Shown: in pieces, positions 38,499-51,385 of the stretch
How positions within the stretch are numbered: the stretch's first letter is position 1
How the letters are laid out: each line of letters starts with the position of its first letter
Translations under genes and position numbers: made by a program
The notes under the pieces: generated by a model
The model's input: only the letters and a program-made list of their open reading frames with translations
Database searches by the model: none
Told to the model about the DNA's origin: nothing
Assembly (NCBI GenBank): GCA_964016885.1
Contig: OZ024755.1
Span: 310,001 to 374,000, forward strand
From: Eledone cirrhosa
Lineage: Eukaryota
Length of the DNA: 64,000 nucleotides
Reading direction: 5' to 3'

Positions 38499-40682
38499 AT
38501 GTCAAGAATGGATTACAAAGCATTTTGCAAACACTTTGCATGTTGGATTAATATTCTACTATTGTGTTACAATACAGTGTCTTCAGCTGTACGTTATCAT
38601 GATACGACAACTGATAGGAGCTTGGAATCATTGCCAGCACAATATAAGAAAATACCAATTACTACAGATAGATTTCCAAATAGAATCAAGAATGTACAAC
38701 ATCTTAGGGTAATGGAAACTGCAAGTTATCATCTACCAGCATTTAAAGATAAGCAGTTGGCACTTAACAACCTTCCAAATTTGATAGCTGCGAGCACAGA
38801 AACACCTTTACATTCTAGAAAGTACCATCAGCACAACAGTAACCACCAGTGGGCTTATAATAAACATAAAGAACGGAAAACTTATGGAAGTAGTCCACAT
38901 CTAAATCTCTCCCTTCGAGACATGAAGACTAAACATGATTCAAAATATTCTAGCAAGTGGCGCCATCTAAGTGCTCTTGGAATACATTCCAGTACAGTAA
39001 AAAGTCCAGAGTTAAGTAAGCTTTCAGCTGGAAATGTTACAGCTTCAGGTCAATCTTCATTTAAGACATTGTTTATTGATGAAGAAAAGCCAGAGACTAG
39101 TCAAGATAATGTAAAGGAAAAAAGGAAAGTTAAAGATAGAATTCTAACATCGTTACATTCAGTTAGAACAACAAACAACATTTCCACAGCTCAGCATATG
39201 GCTTCATCATCAACACTTCAACAAACAGTTTCAGACACTATGTTGGCATTGGATACACAACACAAACAACCCAATAGAGTAATATATCTGTTAACACCAA
39301 CACCAGTGCTTAGTACCCTGACAACAGTGTTTAATGAAACTCAGTTTGAAAACTATACCACAACCGAAGAGATGCCTATCAAAGAGGTAAATTCCAGTGA
39401 TATTCCTGAATATTTAGCTCAGCCACCATTCCTTTTAAATGTCAATGACAAGGACACTTTCAAAGGTTCTCACAGTAAAAAAGAAAGAACATTGTCGACA
39501 GACAAAGACTTCGATCAAAACTTACCTCCCCTTGCACAACCAGCACCGAGCACTGATACTCGATATGGTGCATCAAGGCGAAAACATGATAGTAAAAATA
39601 TACCCTATACAGACCCACCTAAATATGGTACACAACGACCACCAAGGAATATATTATCCTTAGATGTTCATTCCCATCATATTCCAAAAGGAATGAAACC
39701 TACTTTGATGCCTTCAAGAAGTGGTTTGCTTCATTTAACGGAAGATTCAGGAACCACTAACAGTCATAAATCCTTAGTTACAAACAAAATCAAAGGTTTT
39801 ACTAAAAAGGGTTTAAATGGGAAAATGTTGGCTGCAGTGACCACAGAATTTTTGAGACCCTCAGAAATGATACCTGATATACTAATAGTCCCAACAGAGT
39901 CCCAACACACACACCCAACACCAACGAAACATGGATTTATAAAACCTATATTTTCTACTTCTACTTCAGTAACTGCAGCATTATCTTTAAAATCCCAAAA
40001 TAAACATCTTGTTCTAAGTGCCACTGCAACTCTAGACCCTTCTAAAATGACACATCTGTGTACAAAACCTTGTTCTGATGACGCCAACTGCAAATGTTGC
40101 ACAGACAAGCAGATGGTTTCGGTGGAATCAACAGAGCAAGTCATACCAAACGAACCTATGGACAATCTCACACCCCAGACTGATGTATCAACTCAAAAAA
40201 ATCTTTCCAAAAGTTTGACACTCAGTGCAGGTTTTGGTATAGGGATGGGGTGTTTAATTGCTATCTGGCTTATTGTTGGGCCAGTAGTGTGTCTTATCTG
40301 TCATATAAAAGACAAGGCAAAGAAGGAACAAGACATGGACAAAAAATACAAAGCAGTACCACCGGTACAAGAAAACACCATTACCGAAGCACTTGTCATG
40401 GATGAATTGAACAAACAATTTTCAAAGATGAAAACCAATAGAGAAAATGAATATTTGTGGCTTGCAAGAGACAAGTTAGAGTTAGTTAGCCTTTCAAATG
40501 CAGATTCATCAACACAAACAACAAACCAATATTTAGCATCACCTACATATACGTCTGCTTTGTCATATAGTTCTAAGAAATGGTTAGATGATAGTGATGA
40601 CGAAGATTATGAAGACTATGATGATGATAGTGAAGATGAAAAGAAAACTAATCTTAAATATGTACCAACAGTTAGTGTCTGA
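38499..40682 (+). CDS. 727-aa predicted single-pass type I membrane protein with an S/T/P/H-rich mucin-like ectodomain; family not recognised
   Basis: 2184-nt uninterrupted, non-repetitive ORF in AT-rich DNA. N-terminal hydrophobic signal (WINILLLCYNTVSSA), Cys cluster CTKPCSDDANCKCC, TM at about aa 577-601 followed by HIKDKAKK, acidic tail, and C-terminal VSV. Confidence 0.88.
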   Translation: MSRMDYKAFCKHFACWINILLLCYNTVSSAVRYHDTTTDRSLESLPAQYKKIPITTDRFPNRIKNVQHLRVMETASYHLPAFKDKQLALNNLPNLIAASTETPLHSRKYHQHNSNHQWAYNKHKERKTYGSSPHLNLSLRDMKTKHDSKYSSKWRHLSALGIHSSTVKSPELSKLSAGNVTASGQSSFKTLFIDEEKPETSQDNVKEKRKVKDRILTSLHSVRTTNNISTAQHMASSSTLQQTVSDTMLALDTQHKQPNRVIYLLTPTPVLSTLTTVFNETQFENYTTTEEMPIKEVNSSDIPEYLAQPPFLLNVNDKDTFKGSHSKKERTLSTDKDFDQNLPPLAQPAPSTDTRYGASRRKHDSKNIPYTDPPKYGTQRPPRNILSLDVHSHHIPKGMKPTLMPSRSGLLHLTEDSGTTNSHKSLVTNKIKGFTKKGLNGKMLAAVTTEFLRPSEMIPDILIVPTESQHTHPTPTKHGFIKPIFSTSTSVTAALSLKSQNKHLVLSATATLDPSKMTHLCTKPCSDDANCKCCTDKQMVSVESTEQVIPNEPMDNLTPQTDVSTQKNLSKSLTLSAGFGIGMGCLIAIWLIVGPVVCLICHIKDKAKKEQDMDKKYKAVPPVQENTITEALVMDELNKQFSKMKTNRENEYLWLARDKLELVSLSNADSSTQTTNQYLASPTYTSALSYSSKKWLDDSDDEDYEDYDDDSEDEKKTNLKYVPTVSV

Positions 40683-41213
40683 AAATAAAAAAAAATGACT
40701 AATAAAATATCTATCAGTAAAGAATATTTCCCCAAACAAAATCTTTTTTTTTCATGTTTTTTTTCTATGGGGAAAAAAAAATCAATCATAAGTCGTTTGT
40801 AGACTGTGCAGACAAATAAATGATTGTTGGAAAATAATATACACATAGGAGGAGACAAACAACTGGAATGAAGAATAAATTTGGTTTGAAAGAAACCAAT
40901 AACTGATAGAAAAACAAGTACAAATATTTTTTAAAGATTTACTATGAATTTCATCAAGAATTGGAGGAAATATGAAAACAGTTGCAAACAAAAAAATTAT
41001 AATAATAAATAAAATGGGTTTAGTGTTAATCATTATGATCATCAGGTATGAAGTTTTGCAGAAGAACACTTCTAGAAGACAGATATTCCTGGAATGAATT
41101 GAAATGGAAAAGAACAGCAACATCAATGACTACATAATTGTTACAACACAGGAGAAATGAGTGGAAGTTCTTACTTTTGAATCCCTTATGACAATGACAG
41201 TTTAAATTATGTA

Positions 41214-41264
<51 letters not shown>

Positions 41265-41989
41265 GGAAATAAAATTAAAAGCGGTACTGTTTAGTATGTT
41301 ATGTTAAAGGAAGTCTGTTTTAATTTCATATTTACTTTACCTACTGCACACATAAACCTACACATATATATACATACATACATACACACACACACATATA
41401 TATATATATGCGCTGTATATAAAGACATGCACATACACACCTAAATATACCTATATCTTCTGTTATACACATAGTATTTACACATGCATTTATTGTGTGT
41501 ATAAATAAAAGTGTTTACACACATATATATATATCTATATCTATTTTAGATATGTATGTATGTATGTATATATGTACACATGCCTATATCTACTGTGTCT
41601 ATGTAAAATATGCATCTGCATACAGTGACACATATCTATACCTATTTTGTGTATAAAAACATATACACATACCTCTATATCTGCTATGTGTATGTAACAC
41701 ATACATAAACACGTCTACTGGGTATAGAAACATATACACCCATATCTGTATCACCTGAGTGTATAAATACAAGTGCATACATACACACACACACACACAC
41801 ATATATATATAAATACATATATATATACATATATATAATGCTCTGACGCACAAATATATATGATATGCATATAAGCAATAATTATACATACATATCTGCT
41901 GTATGTATAAAGACATACATCAGTTTCTCTTGTATATATACATGTACACACACACACTACTATATATGGAATGAGTATAATACAATACA

Positions 41990-42365
41990 CACACCACTAT
42001 ATATACTGTGTATAACACACACAACACTATATATGATGTGTATAATACACACGCCCTATATATGATGTGTATAACACAAACAACACTATATATGATGTGT
42101 ATAATACATACAACACTATATACGATGTGTATAATACACACAGGCCCTATATACGATGTGTATAACACAAACAACACTATATACGATGTGTATAACACAA
42201 ACAACACTATATACGATGTGTATAATACAAACAACACTATATACGATGTGTATAACACAAACAACACTATATACGATGTGTATAATACACACAACACTTT
42301 ATACGATGTGTATAATACACACAACACTTTATACGATGTGTATAATACACACACGCCCTATATAT
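41990..42365. repeat. 30-bp minisatellite (acaacactatatacgatgtgtataacacaa), about 12 copies
   Basis: Direct tandem units, which explain the repetitive ORFs on both strands. Confidence 0.95.
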
Positions 42366-42517
42366 GCTGTGTGTATAAAGATACTCATACCCTACTGTCA
42401 TTTAATTTTCTCAAAATGTTGTTTAAAATGAAATAAAAAAAAAACAACAGCAAAAACAACTAGAACAACAAGCCAAAACAACTAAGTGTTGTAGCAATAA
42501 ACAAGAGAATGTAATTA

Positions 42518-42565
<48 letters not shown>

Positions 42566-42667
42566 TCAAATTATTATTTCACAGCACAATTCTTCTTCTT
42601 CGTCTTCCTACATGAAAATTGTTGCTAACCATAACACAGTAGCAGGAGAGAGAGTAATATATATATA

Positions 42668-42758
<91 letters not shown>

Positions 42759-45700
42759 GGTGATGAGCTGTGTGAAAATCAGGAGATTCTAGCTTAGTTG
42801 CTAGCAGACACCTATCAACTCAAAACACTACAAATGTCTAATCAACAAAGAAATTTGAATATACATGCAATTCAATATGTCACAAAGACTATTGATTATT
42901 CTTTTTTCTTGTCACACATCCACACACACACACACACACCTATATACTCCCACCCCCACCGTTTCTTCCCGTCTCCCCCACCGTGCCGGAAGGCCACAAA
43001 TTCCAGGATGTGATCCTGCATATATTTATTATATAAACTGATCTTTCAAGAAAGAAAGGAAAGAAAGAAAGAAGCCAAAGAAAATGAGAAAATGTTGTTA
43101 GCAAGTAAATTATAAAAAGTCTCTAACAAGTGTTGTACATTGAAACTACTTACAGAAGATGATTCTGGAGTATTTTGTGAATTAATAACATTAATGATAA
43201 TAAGGATGATGATAAATAAATGAATAACAAAAGAAAAAAGATAGACAAGTTCTATTTGCACATATGTACATATATGGACAGCATATGTACATATATGGAC
43301 ATATATGGACAAATATGTATACATACATGTATATACATGAAAAGCACAAACTATACACTAGATGTTCATTTATTAAGTAGAAGTGGATTGGTTATTTTTA
43401 AGTCTATATAACTTTTTGATTTGCTATAAAAGGGAATTTTTCTGGTTAATAAAAATGAAAGAAAAGTTTTAGAGTGAATGGGGGTGGGGAGAGAGAGAGT
43501 GGCAGATACTCTGAGAAATATTAGAACAAGGTTTAAACTTTCAAATTTTATTTTCTTTTGTAATATTTAATAATAAACATTTTATTGTTAAACGATTTTC
43601 TTCATGTCATGTTTTTTTTTATTTGTTACTTGTAGCCATCTTTTTACCAGAAGTCTTTATAAATTAAAACTAACTTTTTGTAATAAATCTATCAATCATA
43701 ATTTATAAACAATCATATTTGAAGTGATCACCAATAACATTATAATAATCACCAATAACAATATTGATCAAGGGCAGAAAAATATACACAGAAAATGTCT
43801 GAGATTTAGATTGTTTTTCTTTTTTAATTAAGAATATAAGTTGTATGGGGAGAATATTTGGGTTAGGAAGGATTGAAGGATGAATTGGCAGAGTTGTTAG
43901 AATGACAAATAGAATGCTTTGCAGTATTCTATTCGTTCCAGCTTTCAGTTCTCTGAGTTTAAATCCTGCTAAGGTCAACTTTGCCAACCTGCCGAGGTCA
44001 ATAAAGAAAGTACCAGTCAAGTTCTGGGTCAATTCTTCATTTATATCTCTTTCTTACTTCCTCTCTCTCATTCTCTATCGTTCTCTAAATGGAATGAAAT
44101 TTACTGCGTTCAGACTTGGAGAGGGATTGACTCTGACAAGAAATGCTGTGTGCCACTACAGCACCACTCAACTCTCCCAGGAGATACATCACCTACAGTG
44201 TAGAAGTGGTCATTGTCAGAGGTGATGGCAAGTAGGTTGTTGATGTACAAGAAAAAGAGTTTGGGAGAGAAAAGCAAATCTGGGGAACACCAGAGTTGAT
44301 AGTGTGTCAGAAAGAACTCCATCAGAATTAATATAATATAAAGAGGAGGAAAGAAGAATTCTATAATGTTGGTAGAGTTCCTTTTGGCAAGGGACCAAAA
44401 TGATCAGCAGCAGATTTGAAGGCAGGACAGCTTGATGGATGTGAGATGCATGGGGACATCATTTGTGGTTTGGATAATGGCTTTGCAGGAGTTGTAGTGC
44501 TGGATAAGTGATGTATAGTTTTAGCAGGAGAGATTTGCATCTGGTTCTAAATCTGGTCCCAATGTTTGAAGCTGTTTATTTTAAAATGTTTATAGTCATT
44601 TAAAAACCTTCCATCATAATTTTATTTGAGAATATTTCTAAAGTTATGTTCCAAACACTTGATTGATAATGAGAAAATCAATTTTATTAATTACTAAATC
44701 CCTCTAAATTCTCTTTCATTTTCAAAATTATTTGAAAATTATAGGTAGAGTCTTTCGTTAGAAATACAGTAACGAATGGTTCAAGAAATTGTTTAGAAGT
44801 ATACAGTTTCTTAATTCAAAAAGCTAATTTAAACAAATTAATAAACTATTTACAACATAAATGACATCAGTAAACACATATCACAAGTATATTCAATAGA
44901 TCAAAGTTATCTGAATTTTCTGCAGAAGAAATAGAAAATGATTGATAATGAACTGTATTCAATTAAATTGAGCTGAATTAAGAAATGATTCATATTCTTC
45001 ATTAATTTAGTAAAACCTTGCTTACAAAATATTCCTTCTGTGACATTTTAAATATTTTAGTAACTTTTTTGTTACCATATTTCTAATAAAAGAATTTGGC
45101 AATGACTTTGAAATTAATTAAGAATTTGGAAGGATTTAGTAATACAACTAATATTCTTAATTTAGTAAAAGCTTGCTCACAAGATATTACTTCTGTGACA
45201 TTTTGAAATATTTTAGCAACCTTTTTGTTACCAAATTTCTAATAAAAGACTCTGCCTCTGATTTTTAAATAATTTTGAAAATAATTAAGAAATTGGAGGG
45301 ATTTAGTAATACAACTTCTTCATTATTCACCCTTTCATGGTTGTATTTTTAATGAAATGCACTCTATTTCAATTAATTAATGAAAAATTTTGAGGGATTC
45401 AGCAAAATGATTAACTATCCCATTACTAAGATAGTAACTGATATAAAATTATGGAATATTTTAATTTAAATTAGAAGAATGTATAAAGTAATGGGTGGTT
45501 TTGTTTCACAGAACCAGAGCTGGTTTTGGCCAGGTTGGTACCAAAATGTTAAATTATTGATTGGAACAAAACAAAACTCCTATCATAAAATTATGATGAA
45601 AGGTTTTCAAGTAAACATAAACACTTAAAAGCAAATAGTTTTGTATTGTAAAACCAGGGGCAGTTTCAGGCAGGTTGGTATCAAAAGGCTTAAACCTATA

Positions 45701-46064
45701 TTTCAATTATTAACAAGTGATTCTGAATCAACAGTTAATACTCGAACAATGATTTCTTTTTCCATCATACTAATTCAGAGGGGAATATATATATATCATC
45801 ATTTCATTTTACGTCCGCTTTTTCCCTGCTTGCAAGGGTGGGACGGAAACTGATTCTGGCTTGATTTCTACAGCTGGATGCCCTTCCTAACATCAACCTC
45901 ATTTACAGTGAGTGGTGGGTGCTTTTTTGCCGTGGAATGATAGAGACCCCAGTCCCTATCATCTCATTTCTACAGCTGAGTAAACTGGAGCAATGTGAAA
46001 TAAAGTGTCTTGCTCAAGTACACAACACATCACCCGGTCTGATATATATATATATATGGTTTAA

Positions 46065-46185
46065 TTTGTGCATTTGCACTCTGTATGTGAGACCTTCATT
46101 CAGGCATCTATAAAACAAAGATGGCTGACGTTTGTTTTATAGATATCTGTATGAAGGTCTTGCACACGGAGTGCAAATGCACAAA
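46065..46185. repeat. Hairpin with 55-bp inverted arms and an 11-nt loop
   Basis: 46065-46119 pairs with 46131-46185 with about 7 mismatches, mostly transitions. Confidence 0.85.
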
Positions 46186-47053
46186 CCAATGGAAATAAAT
46201 GGTAGTAACGAAACCATGTTGAAGATAACTACACTATAATATTTCAGTTCTGTTTATTGTATAGAGTGCTCTGTTCCCCTTATCTGTTCTACGGAATCAT
46301 TCAACATTACTTATATATATATATATATACCAAAACAAAGACAGTCTGCACTTGATACGGAGGTTCTAATTCTGAATTATGAAATATTAGAGTAAAAACT
46401 ATTGTATTTGATTGTATTTCATATTTTACTATAGTTCCACCATTATATTTGATAAGGGAAGAGGCATAAGTAATAGTTGGCATCAGGAAGGGCATCCAGA
46501 CATAGAATGCTGCCCAATGAATTATTTACCCAACCCATGCCACCATGGAACAGTGGATGTGATGATAATAATGATGGTGATTCACAGTAATATAAATAAC
46601 AATTCTAATATAAAAATTCTGTTGCCAAGACAACAAAATCTAGAATTTGTTTTTAAAAATTTGAAAAGGAGAAATGAAAAAAAAAAAAGTTAAGTTTTAA
46701 TTACAATAATAGTAAAAGAGAGCTTAGGGGTTCTGAGATTTTATTTTGACTCAGTAAAAATTTGAAAATTATTCCTTTTTAAAAAGACGTGTTATAGGAA
46801 GGTTTTAACTAATCATATTGAAAACAGTTCAAAAGAGATTTAGAAAAGTTCTATCAGTTTTATTGATTTTAACGCTTTCGTTTATCAATTATAAAATTAC
46901 ATTTGTTTTTCTAACAGGCAAAGGAATAATAAAACTGTGTAGTAGGAACATACCCAGCTAAAATACCAATATGCTAATTCTTTCCACAGTTACTACTAAG
47001 TTCAATTTACTTTACATGTATCGGAAACACAAACACATATACACACACGAAGG

Positions 47054-47153
<100 letters not shown>

Positions 47154-48249
47154 TAGAGCAACTCTTAACAAATTCATATTATTGTAAGACTCTCAGGGTT
47201 ATAATTATTATATGTGAATATTTTAACATTTTATTGAGAGATAATTCTAGAGTAGAGAGTTAAACTGAAGAAGTAAGAATGTAGCTTTCGATACAATCTG
47301 TTATTAACAATCATTACTGCGCTCTTTTATTTGTTGTTGTTGAAGAAACTGTTGATATATCCTCAATAACGTACCAGTTAACTACTGGGGTTAATGTAAT
47401 CAACTTCTCCCCCCCCCCCCCCTGAAATTGTTGGCCTTCAGTCTAAATTAGAAACCATATATATATATATGTATATATATATATATTATTTTCTTTTTAC
47501 ATCTTTTTATTGGTTTTCAGTGTTTAGTATATGGCCATACTGGGGCACAACATTGAAAAGATTTTACTTTTGATATTAATCTCAATTCACTGTATTATTG
47601 GATTTGTCTCTTTCTTACTCTGGAGGCAAATTAAATTGTCATTGCCGCCACAAATATTATAACCTGTATCATCATCATCATCATTTCAGTCATTAGACTG
47701 TAGACTGCTGGGGCATCATCATCACATCACCATTTTTGTTAAAGTCAATCGATCACTTTCACTGATATGATTGACTGTAGACATGCTGGGGAACCTCATC
47801 ATCATCATCATTGCTATTATTAATATTATTATTATTATTATTATTATTATTATCAGTGTGATAATTTTTATCAAAGCCGATCAATCAGTTTCTTTCACTG
47901 TATTGATACTTGATGCTGCTCTAGCAAAACTATTGTTTCAGACAACAAATGATTTGATAAAACAAAAACAACTTTAGCAACAACCACAACTATTTCATCT
48001 TCTTCAGTTTAACATCAATGAAATGGAAGTTATATTGTTCCATTCTGTCTTATAACGAGACAATAAAACAACAGGAAAATATAAAAAATTATCAATATTG
48101 TCTCAACATGATATATTATATAATAAAGTGTGTTAAAGTTCCAGAGGATATTGGACAGACAAGTAAACAGGGGATTCCTTGCTTAAGTCTTGGTATTGAC
48201 ACTACAACTGTCTCTCAGTTTATCCAGCTGAGTAATAATAATAGTGTGG

Positions 48250-48567
48250 TTAGAAAGCCTGACATTGTTATTGAAGATGAATGACAAGGCAAATATTGTG
48301 GATATTGCTTCACTGTGGGACCATGGGGTGAATGAGAAGGAAAGGTAGAAAGTTGAGAAATACCAGGAGCTGAAGAAAGAAATCAGGAAACTGTGGAGAA
48401 TCAGATACAAAGAAGTGGTTTTGATTGTGGTTGATGCACTGGGAACAGTTAGTAAAAGGTTGGATAAATGGCTTGAGAAGCTAGGAATTACCATCAGGAC
48501 AGGATTGTTGCAGAAAACAGCTTTGACAGGAACAGCAAGAATTCTAAAGAGGGTGTTAGAAAGTTGA
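48250..48567 (+). pseudogene. C-terminal restriction-like endonuclease fragment of an R4/Dong-type non-LTR retrotransposon
   Basis: RKPDIV...DIA...KVEKYQELKKEIRKLW...VVLIVVDALGTV...LQKTALTGTARILKRVL, with internal stops and a frameshift. Confidence 0.8.
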
Positions 48568-48999
48568 AAGAGAAGGAATGACCCAAAGGACCTTTGGCCA
48601 TTGTTTATAGCTTAGTCCATATGTACTTCCTAGATCTATGTTTAATATCTTATTTTTATTGATAACCTCTTAAAAATCTCTAACAGCTATCTTCAATCTT
48701 AAAACGAAACCCAGCTACAAACACCATCACACCATTAAACTACATATTTTCATCTAAATACTGCAAACCAAAAGTCCTGCTGTGTTAAGCTTCAAGACAG
48801 GTAAAAAATAATAACAAAAAAAAAAAAGAACAAAAACAAATAAACAAAAAAAACACATGTGACAGCAGTTATACAATGCATGACTGAATAGAATATATGT
48901 ATATATGCAACTGCATGCATATCAAATCACAGCATTGCACAGGTTAAGAAAGAGAGAGATACAAATAGATATATATAGATATGTGTAGAATTGACTTAC

Positions 49000-49134
49000 C
49001 ATTGACCCAGTGTCAACAAGTGTCTGTGTGACAATTATGTTAAAGACAGCATGAGAGCGGCTGCTCTCACTGTTCATGTTAGTTGCTGCCACAGTTCTAG
49101 ATTTGTTACCTTCATTCATTAAGTTGTCAATATC
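49000..49134 (-). CDS. KIF13: Internal coding exon of a kinesin-3 motor domain (switch I region), KIF13/Khc-73-like
   Basis: [45 protein letters not shown]. Acceptor tttccttgcAG, donor GTAAGT, 135 nt, phase 0-0. EGNKSRT favours KIF13 over KIF1 (GNKART). Confidence 0.93.
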
Positions 49135-49403
49135 CTGCAAGGAAAAATAGAAGAGATATATAAATAAGAGAGAGAGAGAAAGAAACTGATAAATATGATA
49201 GACATAACATAGAAGAAATATGTATGATAAATTGTTGATAATATAAATATGGTAGACATAAAATAGCAGAGATAAATAAGACAGAGAGAAAGAAGCTGAT
49301 AAAGATTTGTTTAATGTTGATAATATAAATATGGTAGACATAAAAGAACAATGGTGGGATATATTAAGTCTTTTTAAAAGAAAATATTGGTGTGGGTGAG
49401 TGT

Positions 49404-49450
<47 letters not shown>

Positions 49451-49564
49451 TACACACTCACCCACACATACATATATACATACTAGCAGGCAAAATGCAT
49501 GTTAAATGACACACACACACATGTATACTAGCAGGAAAATATATGTTAAATAATATATATATAT

Positions 49565-51324
49565 ATAATAATAATAATGAAATTAGTGTGTACAGTGCTC
49601 AGGTGTACTACAACTCATCAAAGGTGCATCTATAGTTCATAGAATAATGTACACATGTCAGGGAAGTGAATAGTGTGAGTCATTATATACATGTGTGTAT
49701 GTGTATGGAAGAAGAATAACAGGTGTAGTGTTGGTGAATTTCAGGCAGTATGGAGGTTTTAAAGGATGCAGTGTCTCGACAGCTAACAACTGATGCAGGT
49801 AGTTTGTTCCATGCTTCAGCAACTCTGAGTGTGAAAATATGTTTCTGAAAGTCATGGGAGCTGTGCTGTTTTCTGACTTTGTAGGCATGTCCACATGTAT
49901 TAGACACATGGAAATCAAAAAGGTGCTCAGGGTTGTTGGCAAGATGGTTAATTATTTTGTGGGTGTTTACCAAGTCAGTTGCCAGACGTCGGAGCTTCAA
50001 TGTATCCATGCCCAGGGAAGCAAGGCATTCAGAGTGTGGTAGGTGTCTGATGGAGGGTATTCGCTTGGTTGCACGTCTCTGAACAGTTTCCAGGCGGTCA
50101 ATGTTCTGAGCAAGATAGGGGTTCCAGACTGGTGATGCAAATTCTAAGTGTGGCTGCACCATAGGTATATACAGCTTTAAATAGATAGCTGGAGAGGGGT
50201 TGACAAAGGTCTTGCTGTGTGATGCTAAGACACCCTCGGCCTTCTTGACAATTTTAGAGATGTGCTTCGTCCAACGCAAATCGCTGATGACAGTAATGCC
50301 CAGGTCACGTTCACAGGAAGACTGCTTGATATTAGTGTTGTGGAGGGAGTATGTGGACGCTGGGTTTTTACTCCCAAAATGCATGGTGGTACACTTGTCC
50401 ACACCTAGCTTGAGTTGCCAGTCACTATTTCTCGGCTTAAAGCAGAAATTATTTGCCGTAATTCCTCAAACACCGTATTGACAGTCAATTTTTGTTGTTG
50501 TTGTTGTTCTTCTTCAACAAGCATGGTAAGGGAAGATACAGTCATTGGTTGTTGTTGTTGTTGAAAACGGGGGAGGAAGACATGGGTTGCTGTTGTTGAT
50601 GAAGTCCTTCAACAGGGGTAGTAGCAGAAGCTACGGTTGTTGGTCTTTTGGTTTTTGGTTTTTGCTGTTGTCCAGGAACAATGGTAGAGGAAGACACGAT
50701 CTTCGGTTTTTGTTGTTGTTCAACAGCAATGGTAGACATACAAGCCAGGCACTGAAAGGACCAATTTGTTAGCTGGACCATTTCCCAGAGCCCATCCATC
50801 ATAGAAGTATAGTGTTTCTTTTTCTGACCTGGGATCTTTCGAAAGTTTGTGGCACGTTGAAGGCAAACAGAAACAGGACATTTGCCACATTTGACCCATT
50901 GATTTCGGAAGGAGTTCTCTGGTTTTGTACATAGATGACAGACGTGATTTTCTGGGCAATGTTCTATTTTATTGCACATTTCATCCATGGATGTCACAAT
51001 AGCTATTTTGTCCTGTCTGTCCAGCCATACAGTAGAACAAAATGTAAATGTAAACAAATACATATGCTGCGTAAGTTTAGCACATTTGTTAACGAGATAA
51101 ATACAATGTTTGTTTATGTTTTGTATTTCTGTTTTTCTATATATTGTGTGTATGCAAAAAGATCTGCACACAAATATATAATTCTATATATACATATAAT
51201 TAAAATGTGTAAGTGGGTTAGAAGCGAAGTCAATGTTCATCTGACACGTGTTAAAAGGGCAGTTTTTGGTGATAATATTACATTTAGTTTGGGAAGACGT
51301 GGTCAGACGTCCTTCCTTGTCGCC

Positions 51325-51329
<5 letters not shown>
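49565..51329 (-). mobile_element. Internally deleted CR1-clade LINE: 5' UTR, PHD-finger ORF1 part, RT C-terminus and (ATT)n tail
   Basis: ORF 49683-50402 has ERDLG, PHLEFASPVWNPY, LETVQRRATK and WNKLP motifs. ORF 50542-51171 has CHLC...WVKCGKC...FQCLAC. The 5' end is aaaatggcg. Both ends abut (TA)n. Confidence 0.85.

Positions 51330-51385
<56 letters not shown>

Noticed and set aside
41920-42436. Repetitive ORFs (YDVYNTNNTI)n and their antisense counterparts
   Set aside because: These are translations of a 30-bp minisatellite.
47257-47308. Possible hammerhead (gttaaa CTGAAGA...cGATA caatctg tt attaac)
   Set aside because: GATA instead of GAAA, poor stem II, a mismatch at the base of stem I, and no second copy. 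At best a decayed relic.
48922-49473. 183-aa ORF as a complete gene
   Set aside because: Only 49000-49134 is kinesin-like and bounded by AG/GT. The rest is intronic low-complexity sequence.
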